A DNA stretch of 64,000 bases, taken from positions 2,976,001 to 3,040,000 of the forward strand of contig OZ116705.1 of assembly GCA_964199315.1 (NCBI GenBank), read 5' to 3'. Shown here piece by piece: positions 1-12,800 of this stretch (position 1 is its first letter; each line of letters begins with the position of its first letter). The notes under the pieces are model-generated. The model saw only the letters and a program-made list of their open reading frames with translations. It had not been told where the DNA came from and searched no databases. The translations under genes and the position numbers were made by a program. Source of the DNA: Orbicella franksi (taxonomy: Eukaryota).

Positions 1-36
1 AATGCAGCTCTTTCTTTTCCAACTCAGACCAGACTT

Positions 37-129
37 TACCCTGGGTACCAGAGGTAATACTTCGTTCCGCTTCGGAAGACATGACCGACACGGGAAACCG
101 CGCAAGAAAAACCTCTGGCACCCAGGGTA
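37..129. mobile_element. Short MITE with 18-bp TIRs
   Basis: TACCCTGGGTACCAGAGG (37-54) versus CCTCTGGCACCCAGGGTA (112-129), one mismatch. Confidence 0.7.
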
Positions 130-347
130 GCCAGACTCGATTCAGCGGTGGAAATCGTCTATGTAACTAATTATATCGGGATTTCACTACAATAGATTTC
201 TGAGGTAGAAAAACACTTAATGGGTCCATAATAAACCAAAAAAAGAACAAAGAAACTAAAGTTTCAAAGATACAGAACACAATCGACGAACGTGAAAACC
301 TTTAGACCAAATGTTTAACGATGTTCCAAACCATCGGGAAATGAAAG

Positions 348-370
348 AAAAAAAAAAAAAAAAAAAAAAA
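348..370. repeat. Poly-A tract
   Basis: Direct reading; forms the 5' end of the CENPE intron on the minus strand. Confidence 0.9.
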
Positions 371-375
371 CCAAC

Positions 376-3300
376 CTTGGCCATTCTTGCTTTGCTCGGT
401 TTAATGCCAGTCTCTCGCCCGGCTGAACAAATCATATCGCACAGCTTTTTGATTTTCTCCTTCTGTTCGCTCTACAGAGAAAGATGAAAAACAAACATGT
501 ACCTACACCTAGCAAGCTCTCAGGAAATAACCTGCCGTAGACTGACATCCTATATAAAAGGGAAAATAGCGACACTCAAGTTACTATAAGTACACTTCAG
601 TGCGCATTGAATGGCTGACTTGCCACAAGCCGACTTCTACTTCTAAGAGCAACGAAGTCGCTCTAAACGAGCGACGAAGAAAACGGACTTTGGGAACATC
701 TAATTGAATGGTGAAAATTTGAGAATATTTTTCATACTTGTTGTCTTCGTTGTTGTTCCAGCATCTCCTCCATCTGAGATGAAAAATAAACAAAAAGCAA
801 AAACAATATATTAAATCGTGGTAATGGATTTAATGCAATAAATATGGGGACCGATAATCGGAAAAAAAATCCAGAGTCTGTTACAAGTTTTAACAGCTTT
901 CAATAGCTGACTTTTTTCAAGACAATTATAATGATCTACTTTTGACAAGCTGTCTGTGTGACTTTCTTATCAAAGGATTCGTCAACTCTTACCTCGTTCA
1001 CTTTCTCTTTCTCGAGTTGTAACTCCTGCATGTGCGATTTGCTGCTCATCTGAGAAAGAAAAAAGAAAAATGCAATGTTGTTTATAGTGTAGTGGACAAT
1101 GCGCTTAGCTACACCTAGCTAGTTCTCAGGCATGCCAGTTAAACGGAAAGAAAGAACTACTTGAAACAAACATAACAGGCTTAAAAATCCCAACTGGCAG
1201 GGGGCAGACCAGTTTATTAAAGCATGACCGAGGAGTTGAACTAGGGTCTACCGAGAAACAACTCCAGGGACTTGAACCCGCGACCTCCAGATTCCAAGTC
1301 CGGCGCGCTAACCACTCGGCCTCGCTGCCTCCAAAGCTATCATGTAGCACCCAACCACCTTTTCCTAAGGAACAGCCATCCTTCGTTACAAATAGAATTA
1401 TCATATTTCGCCCATGTCATAATAAAAGCTTCTGCTACAGGTGTCGAAGAGAAGAATACAAGTACGCTGAAGTCAGCTTTACACTTACCTCGACCAGTTG
1501 TTTCTTCAGTTCACTAATTTCCTTTCGGTAACGTTTCAACAAAGTTCCATCATCAAGTACCTTAGGTGCAAAATTAAAACAACATACATGTAGCTATATA
1601 AAGCAACACAAAATTTATTATTTTTTTTTCGACAGTCTACATATTAAGGTCATCATACACTCCTCCTCATACACTAACGCCGTCCGATGGGACGGCCGAA
1701 CAAAACGCTGCATGCGTGAATTTAAGTCTTAACTAATTAATATTCGAATCGGTCGTGTCAGTTACTTAGTTCAACTATGGTTAGTTGTTGTTTAGCAGTC
1801 GCAAAGTTTGCACTACAGTCGCTGTGTTTTCGTTTCGATTTTTGTAATAATTGTAGAATTTCGTATCGTCGAAACACACTCAAACGCGGTAATTATTTTC
1901 TCCTTTACTTTTAACGTATCGGTTTGGCGCAAACTCACAGACGTTAATGGGCTAGCGCTAACTGAAGACAATAGTGCACACAAATTGAATTCATTTCATT
2001 TTTTGTAAACTAATTCGAGTCGATTATGTCCCAAAGACGATAAAAATCGACGGTTTACCTCGTTAACTTCTGGGCAGTTCTTGATTGTTTTGGCCCGGCT
2101 AGCAAACTGCAAGGAAGGGGAATATGAACGCTCAAATTACATATTGACAGAACCAAAAGAGAAACAAACAAACAAACAAACAAACAAACAAACAAAAACA
2201 TCAACAACGACAAAACAAGGGGAAAGAAACAAAATTTTACAGTCCGATCGATTGCTGACAAGTGAGTAGAAAGATATCAAAATACCAGTAATATTTGTCC
2301 AAGTTCAAATTTCACGAGAACGGACAAGCGTTGGCTGTAAAACAAAAACTACACGACTATAATTTGTTTTCCCGTGAACTTTTTTCCCTTTGAGTTCAAT
2401 CCAAATGTTGCTTTGGAATGTGTCATATAAGGGCAGAAGTGCGAATTTTCTTTCAAAAATTGAGGCATTTGTACGCAGGAGAATGAACAGTGGGCCAATA
2501 CTTTCAGACGTTGCGTATCAAAGTGCACTCCTGCCCACTCCATTTTTAAACCAGCAAACTGGGAGCGTTAATGAACACGCTAGTAACTTTTTACCTTTAA
2601 AGTGCTGATTGATTCTTCAATGGCTGCAGGAGTAATCGTGCATATCATTGAGGTTTTAGCATTCCCTCCGAGAGATGACTGTAAGATCCTGGTTAGCTTG
2701 GAATCACGGAATGGTATAAAGCTAGCAAGAAAATAACGTTTAATGAAGAATTATTGATTAGTGTAAGGTACGCAAGAATTCTCTCCGGCCGCACATGAAG
2801 TTGACTGAGAGAAACTTGCCTAAAACAGTACTCGAACAACAACTAGAATTTTCTGGACAGAAACGAGGTTCTGATACCGTCAAACCTCTCATAAGCGACT
2901 AGCCAAAATGCCAAGCCTAGGTGGTCGCTAACGAAAGCTTGGACCTTACATTTTTGGGTCAAACATTTTGCTTCATTAGCATATGGTAACGGCAGAGACT
3001 AACCAACGTCAATTTCCCTTGCTGAAGCTGATGGTTTTCGTTATTCTCTTTACCTGTTTGCTTGACAATATTTTAATAAATGTAAGGAGAAACTGGGCGT
3101 GGATCAGTTTACCTTTCTCCCTCACTTAGTTTTGCAATAACTGAGCCAAGGGTCAGAAGACTCCTGTTGATGTGTCCGCCTTCTTTCAACCGTTGACCTG
3201 CGATGTGGAAGTACAGAAGTAGTAACTTGAGGTGTACTTTTTTTATTTACTTTAGTTGGCAGACGACTTGCCTGGGTCCTTGCCCACTGGGCAAGTGAGA

Positions 3301-6300
3301 ATGAATAGTTACTTGGCAGCAGGAAAATCTACTTATCCCAGTCGACCAGACAGCGAGTTCGACAGCGAGACAGCCCTGTCGACATGCCCGGTCAAACAGG
3401 TCTGCTCAGATTCACAAATTTTCAAGGAGTCTGATAGTGACAACGACAACAAGTCAGATGCTAACTTACCAAAAGCCCCAGTTTGTGAGGCTCTCTCTGA
3501 TCCCGCTAGATCTACCAAGTTCTGAAACAAAAGAAGAAAAAAGTACATTATGAGTAATACTTAAACTAACTGAAATATTACTCTTTCCACTTACACTTTA
3601 CACCACTAAGGTTATTGCTTCAAAATGAGGGCTTGAACAATTTTAATGCAGACGATTTAGGATTCGATTAAATTTGAGGCAAGAAAATGGCGCTGTTATC
3701 CGAGTCAAGGTAGATATTTTAAAGTATCAACTTGATTCGCCGTAAAAGCTTTTATAATGGGCCGGGTGGGGCAGACCTTTTTTTTGACAGGGGTGCTAAC
3801 GGGACAATTCGAGATAAAGAAAGAGGCATGCTTTACCAAATGCGCTACTCTCACAGCACCATCTATCGCATCGCGGTCTTTGCTTTCGTCCATCATTTCT
3901 CGACTCTCGATAACCTGGAAAAAAAATGTAGAAGAAAGCGCCATCAATGATAAGAAACAAGCAGAAAGAAAGGTAGGGTATCTTGGTAGTGGAAGACTTA
4001 AAGCACTGCAAATTCAAGATGAGGATATAATTTAGGGAGCAGCTCTGTTCTTCCATTAGTCTCCAAAAGAAGCGCGAAAGGAAAAAAGGCCGTGGGAAAT
4101 CTGGGTGCTAGAAGACACATGTACCATCTCGCCCCAAGATTGCGCGCGAACAATTTTTTTTTTTGTGATGCCTTGCGTTGAAATTTAGCCTCTGGTATCG
4201 AGTTGGAGTAAATGGCACCAGATAACTTACCACTCGGAAAATTGTGTGACTTCTGCTACTGCGGTCGTTCATGTTAGTTTCACCAAAGTGCCGATTTTCT
4301 AGGGAAGGAAACAAGAACAAAAAAAGGTCAGAAAGTGCAAACAAGATTCTGTGAGGGCTTGATCTTTAAACAGCATTACGCGCTATGGTAACCGCGCGCG
4401 AGGGCCGTACTGGGATATATTGGCCCGTTGTCGTTTTTTGTACGGACCTTGCGGCGCTCGTTCTGTACTGGCACGACCCTCGGGCCAATATTCCCCAGTA
4501 CGGCCCTCGCGCGCGGTTAGTTAGACTATTCTTTTTTTGCGTGTGTGCGATACTTGGTAACTCTGAAATATTAGAAACAGCTTGATCATGTTTAGTGCAT
4601 ACATGTAATTCGTGAACACCACTACGTTATAAACAGGCCGTAGGTTCAACTGTAGTTGCAAAAAACGCCGTCTCGTCAGCCGCGCCAACAGCCGGAAGCC
4701 AACATCAAGGACATCAACCCGTGTCAAGACTGTTCCGCGCGTTCTGGAGTCCTTGTTCGATGCAGCGCCCGTGGCTCGTGTGAAAAACTGATTACTAGTT
4801 AGGCAACCTCGGAAGTTGTCAGAATCCGAGAGGCTTCATCCGCGTTAGGTAATAACTTACTCTCTCCCCGCATCATATGCTTGAAAACGTCCTCGGGACA
4901 GGACACAACCTCCTCTGTAAGATCACCAACGTAAACTTGCCTCTAAAAAACAAACAACTACTGATCAAAAATGAATTCGTGTCTCACTGATAGGAAAAGT
5001 GTCGTTGTTGTTGTTGCTGTTGACTTTTTTTGCGTCCACTTATGGTACAGAAACTAGACGCGCAGAGAGGCCGCACACTTACTTCAATTCGTATTTACAC
5101 GTAAGAAAAGCTAGCGAAAGATAGCTACTCGCGTTTTTAATTGCATGAAAACAAACGGAAACTCTTCGAGACAAAACAAAGATTTCTGTTCACCCGACTG
5201 TTATTGGCCAAACGAAGGCTTGATTGACTCATACCCAGTCCTTTCTCAATTCCCGCTGTCTGTCATGCTTCGTGATTCCGTTATTTCATACGAACTCCTT
5301 AAGTAGTTCTTTATTACATTGCCCTATCTGTTTTGCATTTGCTCCCCCGTAATCGACAACTGTGTTTTTGTGTCAGTCTCTTCTGGATTGAAATTGTCTC
5401 ACCTGAGCGTTCTCATGGATCTTGAGATTCGTCTTAGATGGATTCAGCAAATCCTTAATATCCTGCAACATTGAAAGACAGGTTTTATTTCCCATCGTAT
5501 GAAAAAGGAATCTGAAACAGAAAAACTTGAATGGAATGCAGGACGATGTTTTTTCAAAGAAAAATGGGGGTGGGGATGAGGGAGCTACATGTAAATGGAG
5601 GAAGGGCAGCCTGTATGCATTTTTGAAAAAAGTTTCATTAAGAAATAAGCGTAAAGTGTATAATTTCTTTCTTTGTGATATACATGTACTGCTAGCTGTT
5701 AACACAACACTTGACAAACATTAAACATAATTATCTCCCTAAGTGCTTGTACATGTACTGACAGAACTAAATGAACTAAATGAAGACGCCTGTGGTGTTA
5801 ACTTACAGTATGAGGGGAAAATATAATTAAGATACTGACTTACCTCGTTATAGATTTCCATGTACGATACTCGAATCAAAAATTCTCTAGAGGGATGCTA
5901 AGGAGATAGAAAAACTAATTTCATAATCCAGAAGCTACAATTCATTTGAATTCTACATTTACCAAATAATACAGTGAAGTACATGTGATATATGCAGTAG
6001 TTCTATAATCTGGATCATGAGTACTAAAGGCATCTGCAGTCAAGAGTGGATTGATATCCTCCATTGACACCTAGGTTGACAGTGGGTCGAGAGTTGACTA
6101 ATTTTCCATCAAGGGTATTATATTGATCAAGAGTATCGATCGACAGATGCCTTTAGTACACATGGCTATAATTTAACATGAAGAATCAAAAAGGATACAA
6201 TGAGTGAACAATGAAGGCCTCTGTGATACAATGAGTGAACAATGAAGGCCTCTGAACAGCTTAAATGTATCAGTTAGCCCTGTGCTTTTAGGAAAGAGTC

Positions 6301-9300
6301 CCTCTCCCAAGAGCATAGCGTCGCTTGATAGAGAGAGGGCCAGACCTCCTTACTGCCTGGGCAACGTCACACCAAACGACTAGTTCTCCTATCCTGCTAA
6401 AACTTTGTATAATTATTCAATTTTGTAATATACCTTTTCAATATAATCATATATTTCGCCAACTGCCTTGGGGATGACACCTTCATTTTGCTGATCTCCC
6501 ATCATGGTATATGTTTTTCCAGATGATGTCTGCCCATAGGCAAATAGAGTTCCTGCAAAAACGATGAAATTACCTCAGCAATGTATTTAAAGTCCTTGTG
6601 ACTAACTGACTCAAGTACAGCCTGTCATATGCGCAGTGGGTGCTGTAACAATGGATACTTGGGATAAAGCATGATGAGTGGACAAAGAGGAAAAAAGTTG
6701 TGAGGGAACTACAATATACATGTCTATGGCTTTGTTGTGTGCAGCATGTCCGTACATGTAGTGCTTTCAGAACTTTCGTGCAACCAGATGACAGCCTAAC
6801 CGACCTGTCTTACTGTACATTGTTGGAATGCTCTAAGTTAAGGGGCCATGAAGATCTTTGCCCTTAATACATGGAGCTGTTAACAAAGGTTATCAGCGCT
6901 TTCACATGTAGATTCAAATGAGATGAAAGGGTCCATTCTGCTTAAAAATATTGTCCCTAACCTTGCCTTGTTTACACGCCTTTTTAAGCAAAACAATATT
7001 TTGACTGCAGTCTCAACTGTAATAACAACTACATGTGTTGGTAACAAAAGATACATGTTAATCTCAACACTTTTCTCTATCTGTTATGGAAACGACAGTC
7101 ATGTGACACTATCCCTACAAAGAGGAATTGAGTCACATGCAACTTATTAGTCTGAAGCACATTAGCATAACAAACAAACCTGAAAATGCAAGCCCAAAAA
7201 ATCAATCAAACAAACAAACAAACATTTCAAACAAAAACATACACATTCATACCAAGCCTTTGAGGCTACATTATAGATTTCAACAAAGATGGCACCTTGT
7301 CAATCACCTTAGAAGAGAGTCAGACGACCCCTCAAGGATACCAGCATACAGCATAGTGTATGTGTTAACAATGCATTACTTCATCTTACCATTAAACCCA
7401 TCCATGGCAGACTGCACAGTTGGTTTTCCAAACTCATCATACACATCTTGAGTTGAATTTGAAGTGTCAAATATTCGATCTAAGTTAGGCAAATTAATAT
7501 ATATAAACTGCAGATGGATTGCATTGTTGTCAGTAATTTATTTTCATTCAATGCCTAGCACATGTACAACATTTGACCAGTTATGAAATTACATAAAAAT
7601 GTTGTCAAAAGAACAAAAATAATGTCATTAAAGCATCAAGCCGTTCTAGCCAAGGGTAAAGACCCTCTACTAATTGGACACTAAAAATAGAAATCATAAA
7701 AATATTATTCAATAGTTATCAATAAATTAAAACTAGAAATTCAGCTACAGGTATTGCAAAAAAAAGCTTAAAAATTAATTAATATATTTAGTTAGTTAGT
7801 ACATAATGTACATGTATGTAGAGCAACTGTAAAATTATTACCCTAAATAAGATCTTATGTACATCCCTTTCACAGTGAACTTTTCTTCTCATCTGCATTA
7901 CAATGCAATCAAACATGTAGTATATGTGAGACCAGTCTCGTTCCCAGAGCCCACATGTCTTTTGGTCAGTGCCAAGACATGGAGCTCTGGCATAATCAAT
8001 TTCCAGACTCCAAGATTTTTGGAGTTCCATATCACGGTGCATGCATGCCTTGGTTTAAAACATGGCAATCTCGTTCTCAGAGCCTACGTGCCTTTTGGTC
8101 AGCGACCAAAAGACACGTGGGCCTTAGGAACGAGATTGATGCGAGACAATTTTGCAGGGTTGTCATTAATTTTTTAGTCACCTGTAGCCTTATTCTCCAC
8201 ACCCATAGCAAATTTGTTACTTTGTGGGTGAATTCTTTAAACAACAGGGCATTTCACCCGTAGCATGAAGGGAAAATCAAGCATTCTCAGGCGTAACAGG
8301 TGTTATGGCTTACGGCCCTTAATGACAGCCCTGTTTCGTGCACGTAGTTTCTGCCTGAAATTTCCTCAGACCCATGTTTGATTAAATTTGAATACAAATG
8401 AGAAAAGCTGACCAGAAAAAAAGCTACAATAGGCCCTTTGCACGATCCAGTCACATGGTACAAAATCACACATGTTGGGACGCAAGTTGCACAGTGGGAC
8501 ATCCAAAATAATGCAACTCGTACCAGTCCACCTTGACCTGCCTTTGTTTTGGAAGTCCCACCGGGCAACTTGTGTCCCAGCATGTGTGATTTTGTACCAT
8601 GTGACCGGATCGTGCAAAGGGCCTATTCAGTGGCAGGCTGAATTCCCCTCCTTCTCTACCCCCCTCCCGGTTTAACTTGTGACTTATCATTTTGAAAGAT
8701 GAAATGCTATAATCACTACATTGTAGGGCAGACATACTGTAAATGCATGGGACAGTTTTAAAGATCTATACTGCCTCTTAATTGATTAATGTTTACAGTA
8801 AATAAGTTGCTGTGTACATTTCTTGTCTTACCAAAAATGAACGATGAGTTTGGGACGACCTTTCCATTAGACAATTGGCTTATAGTGTTTTTTTCAACCT
8901 TCCAATTGATTGAATGATTGGAATCATTTTCCCTGAAGAAGGAAAATATAGTAACTTATTAACACAGTTAATAATATATAATGATAAGAATAATAATAGA
9001 AAAGTTCAATCTAGGCTAGTTAGCTAAGCTCAATTATTTGATGGCAATGTCAGCTAGAGCATACAACTGCCGGTGCAACTGAATAGGCTTTTGGAATCCT
9101 AGTTAGCTTACAAGTGGCTTTCAAATTTGCAGAGAAATCGTGCGAATTGTGTAGTGTGTTAATGTACATGTATATACATGGCTCATTGGTCACTAGCAGC
9201 AATCTCATATTAGATCTGAGATGGAGAACCTGTAGTTTAGGCTCCTAGAAACACATAGTTCGATATTTCTGGAGCTTTCCAGAACCGGTATTACGGTTGA

Positions 9301-9467
9301 GTAAAAGCTTACATACTCTGGGAAAACAAATTGAAGAAGAAACAGGACAGAACGACTCGATCAGTTGCGTATGGTGATCTCAAGCTCGTTGGACAGGATC
9401 TCTGAACTTACCTTTTTATCAACGGACGAACTCTGATTGCAACCCTTATGTTGTCTGTATTGGCCAT
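376..9467 (-). CDS. CENPE: Centromere protein E (kinesin-7): motor domain and start of coiled-coil stalk; 3' part lies beyond window start
   Basis: Exons (minus strand): 9412-9467, 8832-8932, 7390-7479, 6434-6552, 5844-5897, 5403-5462, 4861-4942, 4231-4298, 3837-3914, 3470-3521, 3113-3197, 2595-2721, 2059-2106, 1489-1560, 993-1049, 738-773, 376-471. All GT-AG and frame-consistent (427 codons). Motifs: [17 protein letters not shown]-loop [70 protein letters not shown], and the CENP-E-type neck [16 protein letters not shown]. Confidence 0.93.
1078..1332 (-). mobile_element. tRNA-derived SINE in CENPE intron
   Basis: Minus strand begins GGAGGCAGCGAGGCCGAGTGGTTAGCGCG (A box) and has GGTTCAAGTCC (B box), followed by a non-tRNA body. 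The 3' boundary is approximate. Confidence 0.75.
2162..2195. repeat. (AAAC)n microsatellite
   Basis: Direct reading. Confidence 0.9.
4389..4519. mobile_element. Palindromic MITE (about 130 bp)
   Basis: TAACCGCGCGCGAGGGCCGTACTGGGATATATTGGCCCG ... CGGGCCAATATTCCCCAGTACGGCCCTCGCGCGCGGTTA. Confidence 0.8.
6194..6254. repeat. 31-bp tandem duplication
   Basis: GATACAATGAGTGAACAATGAAGGCCTCTG twice. Confidence 0.9.
7934..8137. mobile_element. MITE with a duplicated left arm
   Basis: AGTCTCGTTCCCAGAGCCCACATGTCTTTTGGTC at 7934, second copy AATCTCGTTCTCAGAGCC at about 8067, inverted end GACCAAAAGACACGTGGGCCTTAGGAACGAGATT. Confidence 0.65.
8155..8333 (-). mobile_element. hAT-like MITE, copy 1 (5-bp imperfect TSD)
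   Basis: Termini CAGGGTTGTCATTAA ... TTAATGACAGCCCTG; flanks TTTTG/TTTCG; body is the reverse complement of 10976-11156. Confidence 0.75.
8428..8627. mobile_element. MITE with about 60-bp TIRs
   Basis: AATAGGCCCTTTGCACGATCCAGTCACATGGTACAAAATCACACATG ... CATGTGTGATTTTGTACCATGTGACCGGATCGTGCAAAGGGCCTATT. Confidence 0.85.
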
Positions 9468-9839
9468 TTCCCACGATCGCGGGTAAAAATGCTAGGGAAA
9501 AGCCAGGGATCGGAAGCTACCGGTATTCGAAAACTTGTCCTGGAGACCTGTATATAGTTTGAATTCTCTGCCTTTCATTCGTTCGCTTGTGATTGGTTGC
9601 TTTTCTCATCACCAGCTTCTCGCGTTCTTCATTCTCGTTATGGATTATTTGATTGGTTTACTGCTTGAGCCAATCAAAATATTTGTCATATCGAGTGTGG
9701 CCCCAAGGGGTCAAGGTACCTAGCTGAGCAACAAAGATGGCGGATAACGCTGCGAAGTGTAAACTGTCTAATTCGTTGTTTTATTTTGTTGGAAAACGGG
9801 AACAATTAATTTGTTACGGCATCACAATATCACTATAAG
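9468..9839. promoter_or_regulatory. Compact bidirectional promoter between CENPE and FBXO9
   Basis: Divergent ATGs at 9467 (-) and 9840 (+; alternative 9737). ATTGG at 9592 and 9652, CCAAT at 9670, TTTGAA at 9558, two AAGATGGCGG (YY1-like) motifs at about 9734 and 9837. Confidence 0.6.
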
Positions 9840-12800
9840 ATGGCGGTAAGCATTTATATGGTTTTTTCAAAGCGTGCATCAAGCAATCATGTTATGAACT
9901 TGTCACCAAAAACAGTCCAGTATTTAATCGAACTAGTGTCAGATGTCCTGCAGCCGGATAACATTGCATAAACTTAAGCTTAACTTCAATTATTTGCTTC
10001 CAAAGTACTCAACACTTCTGTTATGCATTATACGAGTTAAGCCGTTAAGCGTATAATAGTTTGATTTCTAAATATTTTGCTTACGTATGTTCGGGTCTAC
10101 AGTTAGTCTTACACCGTCTTACACAGGATTGCATAAGCCATAATCATGTACAATGTAGTAGTGATGAAGTACGGCATATGCCATGTATGGCATATATAAG
10201 GCCCTGTACTAATTACTTAGTCTTATTATTATTTTTTGTTTCTTGCTAGGATGAGGGAAGACTGGAAGACGAGCTTGCCTCATTTCGACGTGAGTGGCGT
10301 GAAGAGATCCAGCGGTCAGCAAATGACAGTGGTTCATCCAGAAATTCTCCAACTACAGAGTCAACCACTCAACCAAGTCGCGAAGGATCACCGAGTCCTC
10401 TGGTGTTAGCAAGAAAGAATTCAGCTAATGCAGCACAGCAGTTGGAGGAAAAGGTAGTACCCATTAAATACATGTATGTTCATAGGGTGTACGACCATTA
10501 AATAATTGAAGGGGTGTGTGGAAAAAAGCCCTAAGTGACTCTTGATTTCATGTCAAAGTCTCCTTTATTGTACAAGAGAGCAAAAAACAATTTGCTAGCA
10601 GAATCTTGCAGTCTATCAGATGTCACTTAGGTTCTTTTATGATGCAGCCCTTCAACTGAGGCATGGTGCACTAATTTGGACTCCAGATTGAGTCAGGTTA
10701 GAGTTCAAGCCTTGGTCAAGGTCATTTCATCATGGTTTTGGGCAAGACACTTCTTGTAGTGCTGCCTCGATTATAACTCTGGTGACCTACATGTAAACAC
10801 ACCAACTAAAAATTGTGGTACACTGTATTTCCTTCTTTTTTTTAAAAGTCCTCTTTCCAACTGTGAGCCACAAGAAACTTCAAGCCTGGAGTCTCACCAG
10901 GCTTTTAGTCAGGATTCGAACAGTGGGCGTCCAAAGTGCGCTATAGAACCTGCTCAAATGAACAATAATGACAACCAGGGCTGTCATTAAGGGCCGTAAC
11001 CTGTAACACTTGCTACAGTGTGCCGGCTGAGTATGCTTCATTTTCCCTTGATGTTATGGGTGAGATTGCCTGTTGTTGATAGAATTCACCCAGAAAGTAG
11101 CAAGTTTCTGCAGGTGTGGAGAACAACAGGTGATTCAAAACTTAATGAGAGCCCTGGCAACATGAATTATAATTAAAAACATTTTTCTTTAAAAAGTGAC
11201 CATCCACAGGATGTCTGCAATCTGGCCAAAAGCTTGAGGCTCACTTTTTTATTTTCATTTAGTCTAATAAATTCTTTTGTTTTGTTTTGTTTTGTTTTGT
11301 TTTGAATAGGCAGCGCAGTTGTTCCTGCAGGGAGTATCTGCTGAAAGGAGTGGAAATGTTTATGAAGGTAATATTTGGCCTGGAATTTAAAATACTGCTT
11401 ACTGTGTGGCCCTTTCTACCTCCAGCTTCGGTTAATTCTCCTGAGCCCTTGATCCTGGTACATATAGTAATGAAATGCATACATGTACTATACATTGTGC
11501 TTATTTAATATTACAATTTTCTTTTAGATCCAATACTTACTAAATCAATTACATTGTTACACATACACTGTTACGATGACTAAGAAGGCTGATAACTCTA
11601 ATCAGTCAATCAGGTTAAGTGAAGGTTCATTATTTTCTACATGTAAGTACATGTATTGGACCATTGAAGTACGTACATGTGCAGTTACCAGTCACAGCTC
11701 CTTGTCAGTTATTGTTAAGTCATGCAGCCATAGTGTAGTGTAAATCGCTCATTAACCAAGCACTTTCAGGATTGTGTATTTGTACTGTAGTAAGATTAAA
11801 AGATATACTTACAAGTACATGTAGGGGAACCCCATTAATACAACCCTGACAATTAGCGGTGATACTACATGTAAAAACAGTTAATAATACAGTCATGTAA
11901 AACATGGAACAGTACGTCCACTCGGAGATAAGCAAACCAAAATTGTTGATGTCAGGTTGAAAAGTATAATTATATACCCTGTAGTTGTACTAAAGGGGTT
12001 CTTAAAATAAGAAAATGGTTGACAAAGCTTCTTTTTCAGGATGAAGAAAGATTAAGAAGCCATACTAATGAAGTGGTTATCATTTTAAGTTGGTATTAAC
12101 ATTTTACCTTCCTTTTCAGCCATTTATTTTTATCGACAAGCTGTCCAGCTTGTTCCAGACATTGAGTTTAGAATCAAAGATTTTGCCAATCAGAACTTAG
12201 CATCAGGTATGTGTTAAGTTTGTACAAGTAGGCTGTACGTTTGTACGGTTTGGAGATTTCAAATCCAGTGTAAAATTATTGTAATCTAATTTGGTATGTA
12301 TTATTACCTGTATTTCTTTTGATTAATGCCATCTGTTTTTACGAATACAGTAAAGGAGACATTTGATGCCAAAGGAAAACTAATAAAATAATAATAATAA
12401 TAATGATGATGATGATGATGATAATTTAATAATGATCATGATCATGATAATAATAACAATAATAATAGTAATAATTTACAAAGTTCTATACAAATTTGCT
12501 AGGCTTGATATTGTGTTGTAAACTTACACGCAATATTCAATGTGAAACTGCATACTACACTGCATGTAATCAGACCATGATACTACGTTGTAGATTCTGG
12601 TATCATGGAGTTCTAAGTAACATTAAAGATAAGTTTTCTGTCTTCCCATGAGATATTTTTTCCCAGAACACACTTGATTAGAGATCCACCCACCATCTAC
12701 ATGTATACCCTACCAAGGAGGAGTTGTATATGGGCTATGGACCTTGCAGCACTGCTTTCAAGTAGTGCATGTAATTGTTATTTTGTGCACACATTTTTGA

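Noticed and set aside
584-720. Extra CENPE exon from ORF 584..793
   Set aside because: The phase-0 reading after the AG hits a stop, and exons 738-773 and 376-471 already join in frame into coiled-coil sequence.
1230-1332. tRNA gene on the minus strand
   Set aside because: A and B boxes are present, but there is no intact cloverleaf and the sequence continues into a SINE body.
4620-4800. GC-rich intronic segment as nested gene or retroelement ORF
   Set aside because: Short open frames on both strands without recognisable motifs, termini or a start codon.
9737-9836. First AAGATGGCGG as the FBXO9 start codon
   Set aside because: Nearby GT sites give phase 1 or 2, incompatible with the phase-0 exon at 10250, and read-through hits a stop. 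ATG 9840 fits better, though this is not proven.
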